A stretch of 33,231 nucleotides of DNA from a virus (Duplodnaviria; Caudoviricetes), in IMG/VR virus record IMGVR_UViG_3300048577_000453, positions 1 to 33,231 of that record. One strand, 5' to 3'. Position numbers and translations under genes: made by a program. The notes under the pieces were generated by a model, which saw nothing but the letters and a program-made list of their open reading frames with translations, did no database searches and was not told the origin of the DNA. Below are positions 13,939 to 23,994 of the stretch, piece after piece; the first letter of the stretch is position 1, and each line of letters opens with the position of its first letter.

Positions 13939-14139
13939 ATGGGATTCGGCGGGGTTAGTTCCGGCTCGATCCAGTATCCGGACATCGAGGAGCCCGACAC
14001 CGAGGCCAAGAAGGCCGCGGACAAGGAGCGCAAACAGGCCGCGCTGGCCAGCACGCGCAACAAGACCGTCCTGACCAGCGGCCAGGGCGACACGAGCACG
14101 GCCGCGACCAGCAAGCACACGCTGCTGGGGCAGGCTTGA
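13939..14139 (+). CDS. Small virion protein between TerL and portal
   Basis: GAGGAGG RBS; TVLTSGQGD...TLLGQ C-terminus typical of this position in BPP-1-like phages. Confidence 0.7.
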   Translation: MGFGGVSSGSIQYPDIEEPDTEAKKAADKERKQAALASTRNKTVLTSGQGDTSTAATSKHTLLGQA

Positions 14140-14155
14140 GCCGGTGGAGCCGAGC

Positions 14156-15868
14156 ATGGACGCCACGGTGAACGCGGTAACCTCCGATGCGGTCCGCAAA
14201 TGCGCGCGGCGGTTGCAGAGCCTGCGGCGCGAGCGCCAGTCCTGGGAGGACCATTGGCAGGACCTGGCCGACTACCTGCAACCCAGGCGCAGCCGGTTCC
14301 TGGACAAGGGCGACCGCACCAACTGGGGCAGCAAGAAGAACGACAGGATCATCAACTCCACGGCCCCGGACGCGCTGGACACCCTGGCCTCGGGCATGCA
14401 GGGCGGCCTGACCTCGCCGTCCCGGCCCTGGTTCAAGCTGGGGCTGTCGGATCAGCGGCTCGCCGAGGAGGGGCCGGTCAAGACCTGGCTGCACCTGGCG
14501 CAACGCGGGTTGTTGACCGTACTCGGCCGCTCCAACTTCTACGACGCGATTCACACGCTCTACCTGGAGCTCGGCGCCTTCGGCACGGGCGTTTTGTTCG
14601 TGGAGGAGGACGACGAGACACTGGTGCGCTTTCGCACCCTGACCATAGGGGAATACTTCCTCGCCAACGGCGTCAACGGGCGGGTCAACGCCATCTTCCG
14701 CCAGTTCCGCATGACCGCCTTGCAGCTCGTGGAGCGCTTCGGGAAGGACGCGGTGTCGGCCGCCACGCGCTCCAAGGTTGAAGCCCAGGCCGGCGACGAG
14801 TGGGTGGACGTGGTCCACTGCGTCTACCCGCGCGACTCTTACGACCCCGAGTCCATGAACCCCAAGCGCCGCCGGTTCGCCTCGGTCTACTACGAGGGCG
14901 GCCCCGGGGGCGAGGGCGGGCACCTTCTGGAGGAGAGCGGCTTCTACGAGTTCCCGGCCATGTGCCCGCGCTGGAGCGTGACCGGCTCGGACGTCTACGG
15001 CTACTCGCCGGGCATGCACGTGCTCGGGGATGCCAAAATGCTCCAGGCCATGGAGACAAAGGCTTTGAAAGCCCTCGACAAGCAGATCGACCCGCCCTTG
15101 GCCGCGCCGTCGTCCATGGCCGCGGCCGGCATCTCGCTCATCCCGGGCGACGTGAACTACGTGGACGCGGCCCAGGGCGAGGCCTTGAAGCCGATCATCA
15201 ACGTGAACCTGAACGTGCAGCAGGTCGAGTACAAGATCGAGAAGATCCAGCAGCGCATCGAGCGGGGGCTCAAAAACGACCTGTTCCGCATGCTGGACGC
15301 CCTCGGAGCCCAGGGCCGGCAGATCACGGCCACGGAGATCACGGAGCGCCAGCAGGAGAAGTTGCAGCAGCTCGGGCCGGTGCTGGAGCGCTTGCAGAAC
15401 GAGCTGCTCGACCCGCTCATCGACCGCGTGTTCGCCATCCTGGACCGGCGGGGATTCTTCCCCCGGCCGCCGGACGAGCTCTTCGACCAGGACCTGAAGG
15501 TCGAATACGTCTCCATGCTGGCCCAGGCCCAGAAGATGACCGGGGTGACGGCCTTGCAGCAGGTGTCCTCGTTCATCGGCCAGGTAGCCCAGACGCAGGC
15601 GGCGCTCGCCCAGCAGCCGGACGCCCTGGACAACCTCGATACCGACGCTTTGTGCACCGAATACGCGGACATGGTGGGCACGCCTCCGGCCGTGCTGCGC
15701 AACAAGGAGCGGGTGGAGAAGCTGCGCCAGGCCCGGGCCGAGAGGGAGCGCCAGGCGGCCCAGGCGGAACAGCTGGAGCGGGCCGTGGGCATGGGCAAGA
15801 CGCTCTCGGAAACCAAGGTGGGCCAGAACAATGCGATGGACGAGCTTTTGAAGGGGGTGACGCAGTGA
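14156..15868 (+). CDS. Portal / head-tail connector protein
   Basis: LASGMQGGLTSPSRPWF, SNFY, ELGAFGTG, YGYSPG, TATEITERQQEK...LGPVLERLQNELLDPLIDR, VEYVSMLAQAQK. GGAG RBS favours ATG 14156. Confidence 0.92.
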   Translation: MDATVNAVTSDAVRKCARRLQSLRRERQSWEDHWQDLADYLQPRRSRFLDKGDRTNWGSKKNDRIINSTAPDALDTLASGMQGGLTSPSRPWFKLGLSDQRLAEEGPVKTWLHLAQRGLLTVLGRSNFYDAIHTLYLELGAFGTGVLFVEEDDETLVRFRTLTIGEYFLANGVNGRVNAIFRQFRMTALQLVERFGKDAVSAATRSKVEAQAGDEWVDVVHCVYPRDSYDPESMNPKRRRFASVYYEGGPGGEGGHLLEESGFYEFPAMCPRWSVTGSDVYGYSPGMHVLGDAKMLQAMETKALKALDKQIDPPLAAPSSMAAAGISLIPGDVNYVDAAQGEALKPIINVNLNVQQVEYKIEKIQQRIERGLKNDLFRMLDALGAQGRQITATEITERQQEKLQQLGPVLERLQNELLDPLIDRVFAILDRRGFFPRPPDELFDQDLKVEYVSMLAQAQKMTGVTALQQVSSFIGQVAQTQAALAQQPDALDNLDTDALCTEYADMVGTPPAVLRNKERVEKLRQARAERERQAAQAEQLERAVGMGKTLSETKVGQNNAMDELLKGVTQ

Positions 15869-16173
15869 ACGCAAACGACGGGCTCTACGCCGACGACCGC
15901 GAGCGGCGCAAGAGCCAGACCGAGAAAACCAAGGCGGCCAGGGACAGGGCCTTGGACGACGTGGCCAGGATCGCGGCCACGCCCGAGGGGCTGCGGTTCT
16001 TTCGGCGCTTCCTGGCCCTGGGCCGGTTCAACGAGCCGACGTTCCGGGGCAACAATTTCGGCGAGGCCAGCTTTCTCGAAGGCCGGCAATCCATGGCCAA
16101 TCAGATCTTCACGGACATCCTGGCCGCCTGTCCGGAGCGGCTGCAACAACTTCTCACGGAGGAAGAACCATGA
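15865..16173 (+). CDS. Bbp19-like phage protein
   Basis: GTGA coupling to the portal stop; TPEGLRFF...SFLEGRQSM motif. Confidence 0.7.
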   Translation: MNANDGLYADDRERRKSQTEKTKAARDRALDDVARIAATPEGLRFFRRFLALGRFNEPTFRGNNFGEASFLEGRQSMANQIFTDILAACPERLQQLLTEEEP

Positions 16174-16865
16174 GCGAAACCCTTGTGACGCCCGGCGCGG
16201 ACGCGGCCGGCGCACCGAAACCCGAACCCGCGGCGCAGGAGCCCACGCCCGCCGGCAAGCCCGGCCCCCAAGAGCCCGGCGGGAAAGAGCCGGCGAAGGA
16301 GGAAGGCAAGAAGCCGGAGCCCGGGAAGGCTCCCGACAAGCCCCCGGAGAAGGCCCCGGAAAAGCCCGAGGACTACACCCTCGAGGTTCCCGAGGTCTTC
16401 ACGGCCGAGTCCCTGCCCAAGGAGCTGCGCGAGGCAAACGCCGCGACCCTGGGCGAGGTCAAGGCCTGGGCCGCGAAGCACGGGGTGCCCAACGCCGCGC
16501 TCCAGGAGCTGGTCACCGCCTACGGCAAGAGCGCGGAAGGGCTGAACGCCACGGCCGCCGGGCTGCGCGAGGCGACCTACGCGCACAATCAGGAGACGTG
16601 GATCCAGTCCTTGAAGGACGACGGCGAGTTCGGCGGCGGCGCCTTCGAGGCCAACGTCAAGGTCGCCCTGAAGGCGGTGCAGAAGTTCAGCGCGCCGGGG
16701 CTGACCGATCTGCTGAATCAGACCGGCCTCGGCTCGCATCCCGAGGTGGTCAAGTACTTCTGGCGCGTGGGCAAGGCCATGGCCGAGCCCGGCATGGAAG
16801 GCGCGCAGCCCGGCGACACCGGCGCCCGCGATCCGGCGAAAACCCTCTATCCCGACCTGAAATAG
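16170..16865 (+). CDS. Capsid scaffolding protein
   Basis: Pro/Lys/Glu-rich N-terminus, PEDY, TGLGSHPEVVKYFWRVGKAMAE, C-terminal AKTLYP; lies before the capsid gene. Confidence 0.75.
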   Translation: MSETLVTPGADAAGAPKPEPAAQEPTPAGKPGPQEPGGKEPAKEEGKKPEPGKAPDKPPEKAPEKPEDYTLEVPEVFTAESLPKELREANAATLGEVKAWAAKHGVPNAALQELVTAYGKSAEGLNATAAGLREATYAHNQETWIQSLKDDGEFGGGAFEANVKVALKAVQKFSAPGLTDLLNQTGLGSHPEVVKYFWRVGKAMAEPGMEGAQPGDTGARDPAKTLYPDLK

Positions 16866-16877
16866 GAGTGAACGACA

Positions 16878-17885
16878 ATGGCCACGATCGGCGAAACCAA
16901 CCCGACCCTGCTGGACCTGGCCCGGCGCCTGGACCCCAATGACCGCATCGCGGTCATCGTGGAGCTGCTGGCCGAGACGAACGAAATCCTGTCCGACATG
17001 ACCTTCGTGGAAGGCAACCTCCCCACGGGCCACAAGACCACGGTGCGCACCGGCCTGCCCTCGGCCACCTGGCGCAAGCTGAACTACGGCGTGCAGGGCG
17101 GCAAGTCCAAGACCAAACAGGTGACCGACTCCTGCGGCATGCTGGAAGCCTACGCCGAGGTGGACAAGGCGCTCGCCGACTTGAACGGCAACACCGCGGC
17201 TTTTCGCCTGAGCGAGGACCGGGCCTTCCTCGAGGCCATGAACCAGGAGATGGCCGCGACGCTCTTTTACGGCGACACGGACGCGGACCCGGAGAAGTTC
17301 AACGGCCTCTCGCCCCGCTACAACGCCATCGGCACGGACAAGGACGTGTCCACCTACAACGTGATCGGCGCCGGCGGTGCGGGCGCGGACAACACCTCGG
17401 TCTGGCTCGTGAACTGGGGCCTGAACACGGTCCACGGCATCTACCCCAAGGGCTCCAAGGCCGGGCTGCAGCACGAGGACCTGGGCGAGGTGACGCTCTT
17501 CGACGAGGACGGCGGCAAGTACCAGGGCTACCGGACCCACTACAAGTGGGACTGCGGCCTGACCGTGCGCGACTGGCGCTACGTCGCGCGCATCTGCAAC
17601 ATCGACGTGTCCGACTTGGCCACGGCCGGCGCGGAGGACGACAGCTCGGCGGCGCTGGAGCTGTACATGATCGACGCCGTGAACCGCATCCCGAACCTGG
17701 GCCTGGGCCGGTCGGCCTTCTACTGTAACCGCCAGGTGGCGACCGCGCTCACCAAGCGGGCCATGAACAAGAAGAACGTCAACCTGACCATCGGCGAGTG
17801 GGCGGGCAGGCCCATCACCATGTTCTGGAACATCCCCATCCGCCGCTGCGACGCCATCCTGAACACCGAGGCGGCCGTGGCCTAA
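16878..17885 (+). CDS. Major capsid protein (BPP-1 Bbp17-like)
   Basis: TLLDLARRLDP, EGNLPTGHKTTVRTGLP, AFLEAMNQEMA, GIYPKGSKAGL, GLTVRDWRYVARICNID, IRRCDAILNTEA. Confidence 0.92.
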   Translation: MATIGETNPTLLDLARRLDPNDRIAVIVELLAETNEILSDMTFVEGNLPTGHKTTVRTGLPSATWRKLNYGVQGGKSKTKQVTDSCGMLEAYAEVDKALADLNGNTAAFRLSEDRAFLEAMNQEMAATLFYGDTDADPEKFNGLSPRYNAIGTDKDVSTYNVIGAGGAGADNTSVWLVNWGLNTVHGIYPKGSKAGLQHEDLGEVTLFDEDGGKYQGYRTHYKWDCGLTVRDWRYVARICNIDVSDLATAGAEDDSSAALELYMIDAVNRIPNLGLGRSAFYCNRQVATALTKRAMNKKNVNLTIGEWAGRPITMFWNIPIRRCDAILNTEAAVA

Positions 17886-17920
17886 GGCCGGCGAAAAGCC
17901 CCGCGAAAGGAGAAACCGAG

Positions 17921-18322
17921 ATGATCATCGACAACGAATTGATGTTTTCCGACGGCCAGGCTGAAACCACCGTGGCCGAGCACGCCTCGACCAACGTGGT
18001 GGACCTGGGCGCGGCCGGCGACGCGCATATCGCGCCGTTCCTGTGCATCCTGGTGGCCACGGCCGCGGCCTCGGCCGGCGCGGCCACGGTGCAGTTCAAG
18101 CTGGAGACCGACAGCGATTCGGAGTTCGGCACGGCCGAGACGCTCTACGACTCCGGAGCGCTGGACTACGCCGACCTGGCCGCCGGGACCTGGGTCTGCC
18201 GGACCCGGCTGCCGCGCGGGCTCAAGCGCTACCTGCGGGTGACCTACACCATCGCCACCGCCGCGCTCACGGCCGGGGCCTTCGACGCCTTCATCACCCC
18301 GGAAGTGGATACCAACGAGTAG
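17921..18322 (+). CDS. Capsid cement/decoration protein (Bbp16-like)
   Basis: AAGGAG RBS; MIIDNELMFSDGQA...STNVVDLG...RYLRVTYT...AG-x-FDAF. Confidence 0.8.
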   Translation: MIIDNELMFSDGQAETTVAEHASTNVVDLGAAGDAHIAPFLCILVATAAASAGAATVQFKLETDSDSEFGTAETLYDSGALDYADLAAGTWVCRTRLPRGLKRYLRVTYTIATAALTAGAFDAFITPEVDTNE

Positions 18323-18330
18323 GGGCGCGC

Positions 18331-18360
18331 CCTGGGCGGGGACTTCGGTTCCCGCCCGGG
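18331..18360 (+). terminator. Stable cUUCGg hairpin after the capsid genes (attenuator or mRNA-stabilising; no U tract)
   Basis: CCTGGGCGGGGAC-TTCG-GTTCCCGCCCGGG, a 13-bp stem with two G-U pairs. Confidence 0.5.
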
Positions 18361-18381
18361 TGAGGCATCCAGGAGCTGCAC

Positions 18382-18975
18382 GTGGCCACGAGTGAAACGG
18401 AAATCTGCAACCTGGCCCTGGTCCGCCTGGGCGACTACATGATCACCGGGCTCGACGAGGAGAGCACCGCGGCCCGCTACTGCGCCTTGTTCTACGCCGG
18501 GGTGCGCGACGCGGTGCTGCGGGACTACCCCTGGAACTTCGCCGTCAGGAAAAATGCGCTGGCCCTGGCCGACGAGGCGCCGGTCTTCGGCCACGCCTTC
18601 ATGTACGGCCTGCCCTCGGACTGCATCCGGGCGCTCGACCTGCGCGCATCCTTCCGTAGCGGGCCGGCCGTCGAATTCTCCCTCGAGCTGAACGCCGAGG
18701 GCACGACCCTGATGCTCTGCACCGACGAGCCGGCGGCCTGGCTGCGCTACGTCGCACGAGTGGAGGACCCGAGCCTGTTCGACGCCGAGTTCGTGGAGGC
18801 CGTGAGCTGGAAGCTGGCCGCCGACCTGGCCCAGCCCATCACCGGCGACAGCTCCAAGCAACAGGCCATGCTGAGCATGTACCAGAACACCCTGGTGCAG
18901 GCACGGCAGAGAAACGCCGTCGAGGGCAGGAAGCGGACCGTGGCCCCGGACGACTTCGTGAGCGCGAGGCGCTAG
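18382..18975 (+). CDS. Tail tubular protein A / adaptor (T7 gp11-like)
   Basis: ICNLALVRLG, RDAVLRDYPWNFA, YGLPSDCIR, FDAEFVEAVSWKLAADLA; AGGAG RBS and GTG start. Confidence 0.85.
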   Translation: MATSETEICNLALVRLGDYMITGLDEESTAARYCALFYAGVRDAVLRDYPWNFAVRKNALALADEAPVFGHAFMYGLPSDCIRALDLRASFRSGPAVEFSLELNAEGTTLMLCTDEPAAWLRYVARVEDPSLFDAEFVEAVSWKLAADLAQPITGDSSKQQAMLSMYQNTLVQARQRNAVEGRKRTVAPDDFVSARR

Positions 18976-18977
18976 CC

Positions 18978-21332
18978 GTGGCTTTCCGCAACATCCAGTT
19001 CTCCTTTGCCGGCGGCGAGCTCTCCCCCTCGCTCTACGGCCGGGTGGACTTGGAGAAGTACGCGGCCGGCGCCCGGACGCTCTCCAACATGATCGTCCAC
19101 GCTCACGGCGGCGCCTCGAACCGGCCGGGGACTGAGTATATCGGCGAGATCAAGAGCGCCACGGGCACGGTGATCCTGGTGCCCTTCCAGTTTTCGGTCG
19201 AGCAGGCCTACGTCCTGGAGTTCGGCGGCGGGTACATGCGCGTGTTCAAGGACGGCGGCCAGGTGGTCTACCCGGACGGGTACGCCGACGCGGGCGAGCC
19301 GGTGGAGATCGAGACGCCCTACGCCGAGGCCGACCTGTCCCTGCTCAAATTCGTGCAGAGCGCGGACATCATGTACGTGACGCACCCGGGCTACGCCCTG
19401 CGCAAGCTCGGCCGCTCCTCGCACTACGACTGGACCCTGTCCGTGGTGCTTTTCGCCGCCTCCATCGAGCCGCCGGACGCGGTGACCTGCAAGAACAACA
19501 CGACCGGCAACTCCGTGTCGCGCATCTACGCCGTCACGGCCATTTCCGAGGAGACGGGCGAGGAGTCCCTGCCCCGGGAATCCGACGCGGTCCTGACCAA
19601 GAGCCTCGAATATTTCACCGATTCGCTGTCCGTGGCGGTCAGCTGGGACGCCGTTTCGGGCGCGGACTACTACTACATCTACCGCTCGGACGAGGCCGGC
19701 TCCTTCGGCTACATCGGCCGGTCGGACTCGGCCTCGTTCGTGGACAACGGCATCGACAACGACACTTCGGACGGCCCGCCCCGTGGCCGCAATCCCTTCG
19801 CCACCAACCTCGTGGACGAAGACGATTACCAGTGGACGGCCTCCGCCTCGGGCACCGGCGAATACTATCTTGAGGCGGCCGGCGGCGGGGACCCGGAGCT
19901 CGGCGAGCCCGACGACATGTTCGAGGTCGGCGTGGGCTTGATGACCGCCGGCACGCTCGGCTCCCTCACCGCGAGCCAGTGGGCCTACGGCGACAACGAT
20001 TCGCTTGGCTTCGACACCATCTACGCCCGCACCGCCGCGGACGAGGACCCGAGCGCCAAGGCCTCGCGCTACCTCCAGGCGGGCTACGTCGCGGACTACC
20101 CCGGCTGCGCCACGTTCTTCGAGCAGCGCCTCATCCTCTCCCGGACCGACGACCATCCCCAGACCATCTACGGCTCGCAGACCGGGGCCTACGAGAACAT
20201 GAACGTGTCCTCGCCATTGAAGGACGACGACGCGATCAGCTTCACCATCGCGGCCCGGCAGGTGAATGAAATCCGCTGGATGGTGCCCATCGGCCAGCTG
20301 CTCATCGGCACCATGGGCGGCGAGTGGAAGATGACCGGCGCCGACGACTCGGCCCTGACGCCCTCGAGCGTGCTGGTCAAGCAGCAGGGCTACACCGGCT
20401 CCTCGCACATCCAGCCCATCATCATCGGCAGCTCTGTCCTGCACCTGACCCGGACGAACAACGAGGTCCGGGACCTGACCTACAGCCTGGAAATCGACGG
20501 CTACGCCGGCAACAACCTGTCCATCCTGGCCAACCATCTTTTCCGCGGGCACACCATCACGGCCTGGGCCTACCAGCAGAGCCCGGATTCCATCGTCTGG
20601 TGCGTGCGCGACGACGGGCTGCTGCTGGGGCTCACCTACCTGCGCGAGCACCAGGTCTTCGCCTGGCACTCGCACGACGTGGGCGGGGTGGTGAAGGCCA
20701 TCGCCTCGATTCCGGGCGACGGCTATGACGAGGTCTGGATGGTGGTGCAGCGGGAGGTGAACGGCGCAACGGTCAAGTACGTCGAGCGCCTGACCGACCG
20801 CTTCACCTCGGACGACGTGGCCGACGCCTTTTTCGTGGACTGCGGCCTGACCTACAGCGGCGAGGCCGCGACCACGATTTCGGGCCTGGATCACCTGGAG
20901 GGCGAGGAGGTGACGGGCCTGGCTGACGGCCGGGTGTTCACGGCCACGGTCGCGGACGGCGCGATCACCCTGCCGTTCTCGGCTTCGGTAGTCCACGTGG
21001 GCCTGGGCTTTGAATCCGTGCTCGAAACCCTGTCCCTGGAGCTCCAGACGCGCGAGGGCACGGCCCAGGGCCGCAGGAAGAAGATTTCCCGGGTGACCGT
21101 GCGCCTGGATCGCAGCTCGACGTTTCAGATCGGCTCCAGCGAAAGCCGGCTGGATCAGATCCCCTTAAGTTCGGATTCGGTCTACGACTCCGCCGTCGCG
21201 CTCTTCTCCGGCGACAAGGACCGGGCCTTCCCCGGCGGCTACGACACCGAGGGGCGGATTTGCATCAAGCAGACCGCGCCCCTGCCGCTGACCGTGCTCG
21301 CGGTCATCCCGGAGGTGACTCTTGGCGGCTAG
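18978..21332 (+). CDS. Tail tubular protein B / nozzle (T7 gp12-like)
   Basis: SFAGGELSP...GRVDL, GGASNRPGT, QAYVLEFG, QSADIMY, YPGCATFFEQRL, AWHSH, PLPLTVLAV. Confidence 0.88.
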   Translation: MAFRNIQFSFAGGELSPSLYGRVDLEKYAAGARTLSNMIVHAHGGASNRPGTEYIGEIKSATGTVILVPFQFSVEQAYVLEFGGGYMRVFKDGGQVVYPDGYADAGEPVEIETPYAEADLSLLKFVQSADIMYVTHPGYALRKLGRSSHYDWTLSVVLFAASIEPPDAVTCKNNTTGNSVSRIYAVTAISEETGEESLPRESDAVLTKSLEYFTDSLSVAVSWDAVSGADYYYIYRSDEAGSFGYIGRSDSASFVDNGIDNDTSDGPPRGRNPFATNLVDEDDYQWTASASGTGEYYLEAAGGGDPELGEPDDMFEVGVGLMTAGTLGSLTASQWAYGDNDSLGFDTIYARTAADEDPSAKASRYLQAGYVADYPGCATFFEQRLILSRTDDHPQTIYGSQTGAYENMNVSSPLKDDDAISFTIAARQVNEIRWMVPIGQLLIGTMGGEWKMTGADDSALTPSSVLVKQQGYTGSSHIQPIIIGSSVLHLTRTNNEVRDLTYSLEIDGYAGNNLSILANHLFRGHTITAWAYQQSPDSIVWCVRDDGLLLGLTYLREHQVFAWHSHDVGGVVKAIASIPGDGYDEVWMVVQREVNGATVKYVERLTDRFTSDDVADAFFVDCGLTYSGEAATTISGLDHLEGEEVTGLADGRVFTATVADGAITLPFSASVVHVGLGFESVLETLSLELQTREGTAQGRRKKISRVTVRLDRSSTFQIGSSESRLDQIPLSSDSVYDSAVALFSGDKDRAFPGGYDTEGRICIKQTAPLPLTVLAVIPEVTLGG

Positions 21333-21786
21333 CGTCATTCAGGCCCGGCCCGGGCACGTGGACGCCCTGGCGCCCCGCCTGCGGCCCGAGGTCCTGGCCG
21401 AGATGCGCGTCTCGACCCTGCCGCCCTATGAACTCCTGCGCCAGTCGCTTGCGAGCTCGAAAGCGGCCTGGACGGTGTTGAGCGGCGGCGAGGTCGCGGC
21501 CATGTTCGGGGTGGCCTACCGCTCGCTGGTCTCGGACGCGGGCGTGCCCTGGCTGCTCTCGTCGGCCCTTGTTGACCGCATCTGGCTTTCCTTCGTCCGG
21601 CACTCCCGGGCTTTCGCTCGCTACATGCTTTCCCTGTTCCCCGGCGGCCTCGAGAACTACGTGGACGCCGGCTACGGCCGCTGCATCGCCTGGCTCAGGT
21701 GGTGCGGCTTCACCCTGGACGCTGCGCCGGTCCCCATGGGCCGCATGGGCGCGCCGTTCTACCGCTTCTGGATGAGGAGGGACTGA
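21322..21786 (+). CDS. GNAT-like internal virion protein A (T7 gp13 / DUF2833-like)
   Basis: GGAGG RBS with TTG start; AMFGV...GVPWLL...LENYVDA...IAWLRWCGF; conserved position after the nozzle gene. Confidence 0.7.
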   Translation: MAASVIQARPGHVDALAPRLRPEVLAEMRVSTLPPYELLRQSLASSKAAWTVLSGGEVAAMFGVAYRSLVSDAGVPWLLSSALVDRIWLSFVRHSRAFARYMLSLFPGGLENYVDAGYGRCIAWLRWCGFTLDAAPVPMGRMGAPFYRFWMRRD

Positions 21787-21787
21787 G

Positions 21788-22267
21788 ATGGGAATGACCG
21801 CTCTGGCCGTGGGCTCCATCGCGGCCATGGCCGCGGCCACGGCCACAAGCACCGTCGGCAGCGCCGTCCAGGCCTCGCAGACCGCGGCCGTGGCCAAGGC
21901 CAACCAGAATGCCGCCAACGCCTCGGCCGCGCTCACCGAGCAGCAGGGCCGGACGGAAATGCAGCGCCAGCGCAACCGGGTGTCCCAGATCAAGGGCCAG
22001 CAGCGCGCGGGCCTGGCGGCCTCGGGCGTCATCGTGGACCAGGATTCGGCCGCGGACGTGCTCGCGGACACGGCCGAGCAGGGCGAGCTCGACGCGCAGA
22101 TCATCAAACAGAACTACAAGACCAACGCCTGGGCGCAGCGCACCCAAGGCTCGATCTACGGCATGCAGGCCAGGAGCGCGATTTCGAGCGGCTACTGGAA
22201 CACGGCCTCGACCCTGCTCAGCGGAACGTCGAAGACCATGGGGGCGTACAGCAGCTATTTCAAGTGA
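21788..22267 (+). CDS. Internal virion / ejection protein B (gp14-like)
   Basis: Hydrophobic Ala-rich N-terminus; GQQRAGLAASGV...SAADV motif; position. Confidence 0.75.
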   Translation: MGMTALAVGSIAAMAAATATSTVGSAVQASQTAAVAKANQNAANASAALTEQQGRTEMQRQRNRVSQIKGQQRAGLAASGVIVDQDSAADVLADTAEQGELDAQIIKQNYKTNAWAQRTQGSIYGMQARSAISSGYWNTASTLLSGTSKTMGAYSSYFK

Positions 22268-22293
22268 ACCGGCAACGGTGATGCGAGTCGAAC

Positions 22294-23994
22294 ATGCCCA
22301 AAGTCCAACGCTACGTTTCCAACGCCCCGCAGCGGGAGATTCCCGAAGTCCGCATCCCCGCGGCCCAGGCCATGCCCGTGGGCGCCGGCATGCGGGATTT
22401 CGGCGCCGCCCTCGGCCAGCTCTCGGACGTGCTCGTGGACCAGGCCCGGCGGGAGCGCGACATCGAGGACGAGGCCCAAGTCCGCCAGGTCATGAACCAG
22501 GAGCGCGAGGCCGCGCTTTCCTACAAGATGGGCGTCGAGCAAGGCAAGCTCGGCCAGGCGGGCTTGCGGGTCTTCGACGAGACGGGGGCCTATTTCCAGG
22601 ACCGGCGGGGGCAGGCCTCGGGCCAGCTCAAAAACGAGCGGCAGCGCGCGCTGTTCGACCAGTCCTTCTCCCAGCTGCAGAACGCCTATGGCTCCTGGGC
22701 CGCGGACTGGCAGACGCAGCAGCTGAAGACCTTCCAGAAGTCGACCCTCTTGGCCGAGTCCCAGCAGATCACCGACGCGGCCCAGCGCGACCAGGCCCCG
22801 GCGGCCGTGGAGCTGTTCGCGCACGGCGACGCCGCGCCCTGGGCCGGGCTGGACGCCATGGCCGGCAAGCTCTCGGCGAACGTGCGCAAGATGTACGCGG
22901 ACGACGGCCACGGCCCCGAGGTACTGGACAGCCTGGTGAAGGACGAGACGACCAAGTTCCACCAGCGCGTCCTGGCCGACATGCTCATGGCCAGCCCCAA
23001 GGCGGCGCGGGCCTACCTCGCGGCCCACGGCGAGGAGATTTCGGGCGAGGTCCAGACCAGGATCAAGGACGCTTTGCAGAGCGCCACGGCCGACCAGGAG
23101 GCCTACGAGGCGGCGAGCAGGATCATGCAGGAGCACGGCAAGGGGGCGGACTTCAGCACCTACGCCGGCGCGGTCAAGAAGGCCGCCGGAGGCGACGCCG
23201 GGGCCGAGCGCAAGATCATGGGCTGGGTCGAGAGTTTTTATTCTGCGCACAAGAAGGAGCGCGAGGAGGCCCGGCAAAACGCCGTGCTGCTGGTCGACGA
23301 GAACGTGCAGAAGCTCACCGCGGCCCGGGACCTGGAGGGCCTGAAGAAGTACCGGGCCAGGGTGGAGCAGATCGGCGACTTGGGGACGCGCACCTCGGCC
23401 CGGCGCATCGTGGACCAGGCCCTGAGCGGCAAGGACATCGTCACCGATCCTGACGCGCTGGCAGAGGCCATGAACGAGATCGGGAGCGCCCGCAGCTTCA
23501 ACGCCAAGGCCTTTCAGAGCAAGTACCTCTTGAAGATCGGCCGCGAGGATCTGAAGGACCTGGCCAAGATGGGCGAGGACGCGGCCGGCGCCCGGGTTGC
23601 GAGAAAATTGGCCGAGGTCGATGCCTCGCTCAAGGACTTGGGCATCGACAAGGCTGAAGACCGGACCCTGTTCAACCGCACGCTGAAGAGCTTCGTGGGC
23701 GAATACCGCGCCAAGAACGGCCAGAACCCCGGCGACGAGGAGATCCAGGAGGAGGCCGACCGCCAGGCGGTGAAGCGCGTGTACGACGCGGATTTCCTGT
23801 TCGACGACACCGTGCGCCAGTTCAAGATGCACAGCGTGGAAATCGGCGACATCCCCAAGAAGGACGCCGCCTTCCTGCGCGGGGAGGCCGAGCGCCGCGG
23901 CATCAGCCTGACCGACGAGCAGCTGAAAAGCATCTACGCCGACGGCCGCTATCTCCGGACCGACGAATACAAGGACTTCTCGGGAGCCAAATAG
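22294..23994 (+). CDS. Internal virion / ejection protein C (gp15-like)
   Basis: MPKVQRY start; helical Ala/Gln/Glu-rich 566 aa; lies between the gp14-like and gp16-like genes. Confidence 0.65.
   Translation: MPKVQRYVSNAPQREIPEVRIPAAQAMPVGAGMRDFGAALGQLSDVLVDQARRERDIEDEAQVRQVMNQEREAALSYKMGVEQGKLGQAGLRVFDETGAYFQDRRGQASGQLKNERQRALFDQSFSQLQNAYGSWAADWQTQQLKTFQKSTLLAESQQITDAAQRDQAPAAVELFAHGDAAPWAGLDAMAGKLSANVRKMYADDGHGPEVLDSLVKDETTKFHQRVLADMLMASPKAARAYLAAHGEEISGEVQTRIKDALQSATADQEAYEAASRIMQEHGKGADFSTYAGAVKKAAGGDAGAERKIMGWVESFYSAHKKEREEARQNAVLLVDENVQKLTAARDLEGLKKYRARVEQIGDLGTRTSARRIVDQALSGKDIVTDPDALAEAMNEIGSARSFNAKAFQSKYLLKIGREDLKDLAKMGEDAAGARVARKLAEVDASLKDLGIDKAEDRTLFNRTLKSFVGEYRAKNGQNPGDEEIQEEADRQAVKRVYDADFLFDDTVRQFKMHSVEIGDIPKKDAAFLRGEAERRGISLTDEQLKSIYADGRYLRTDEYKDFSGAK

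Noticed and set aside
16230-16375. Short repeats (KPEP/KAPEK) in the scaffold gene
   Set aside because: Ordinary low-complexity linker; no spacer-repeat structure.
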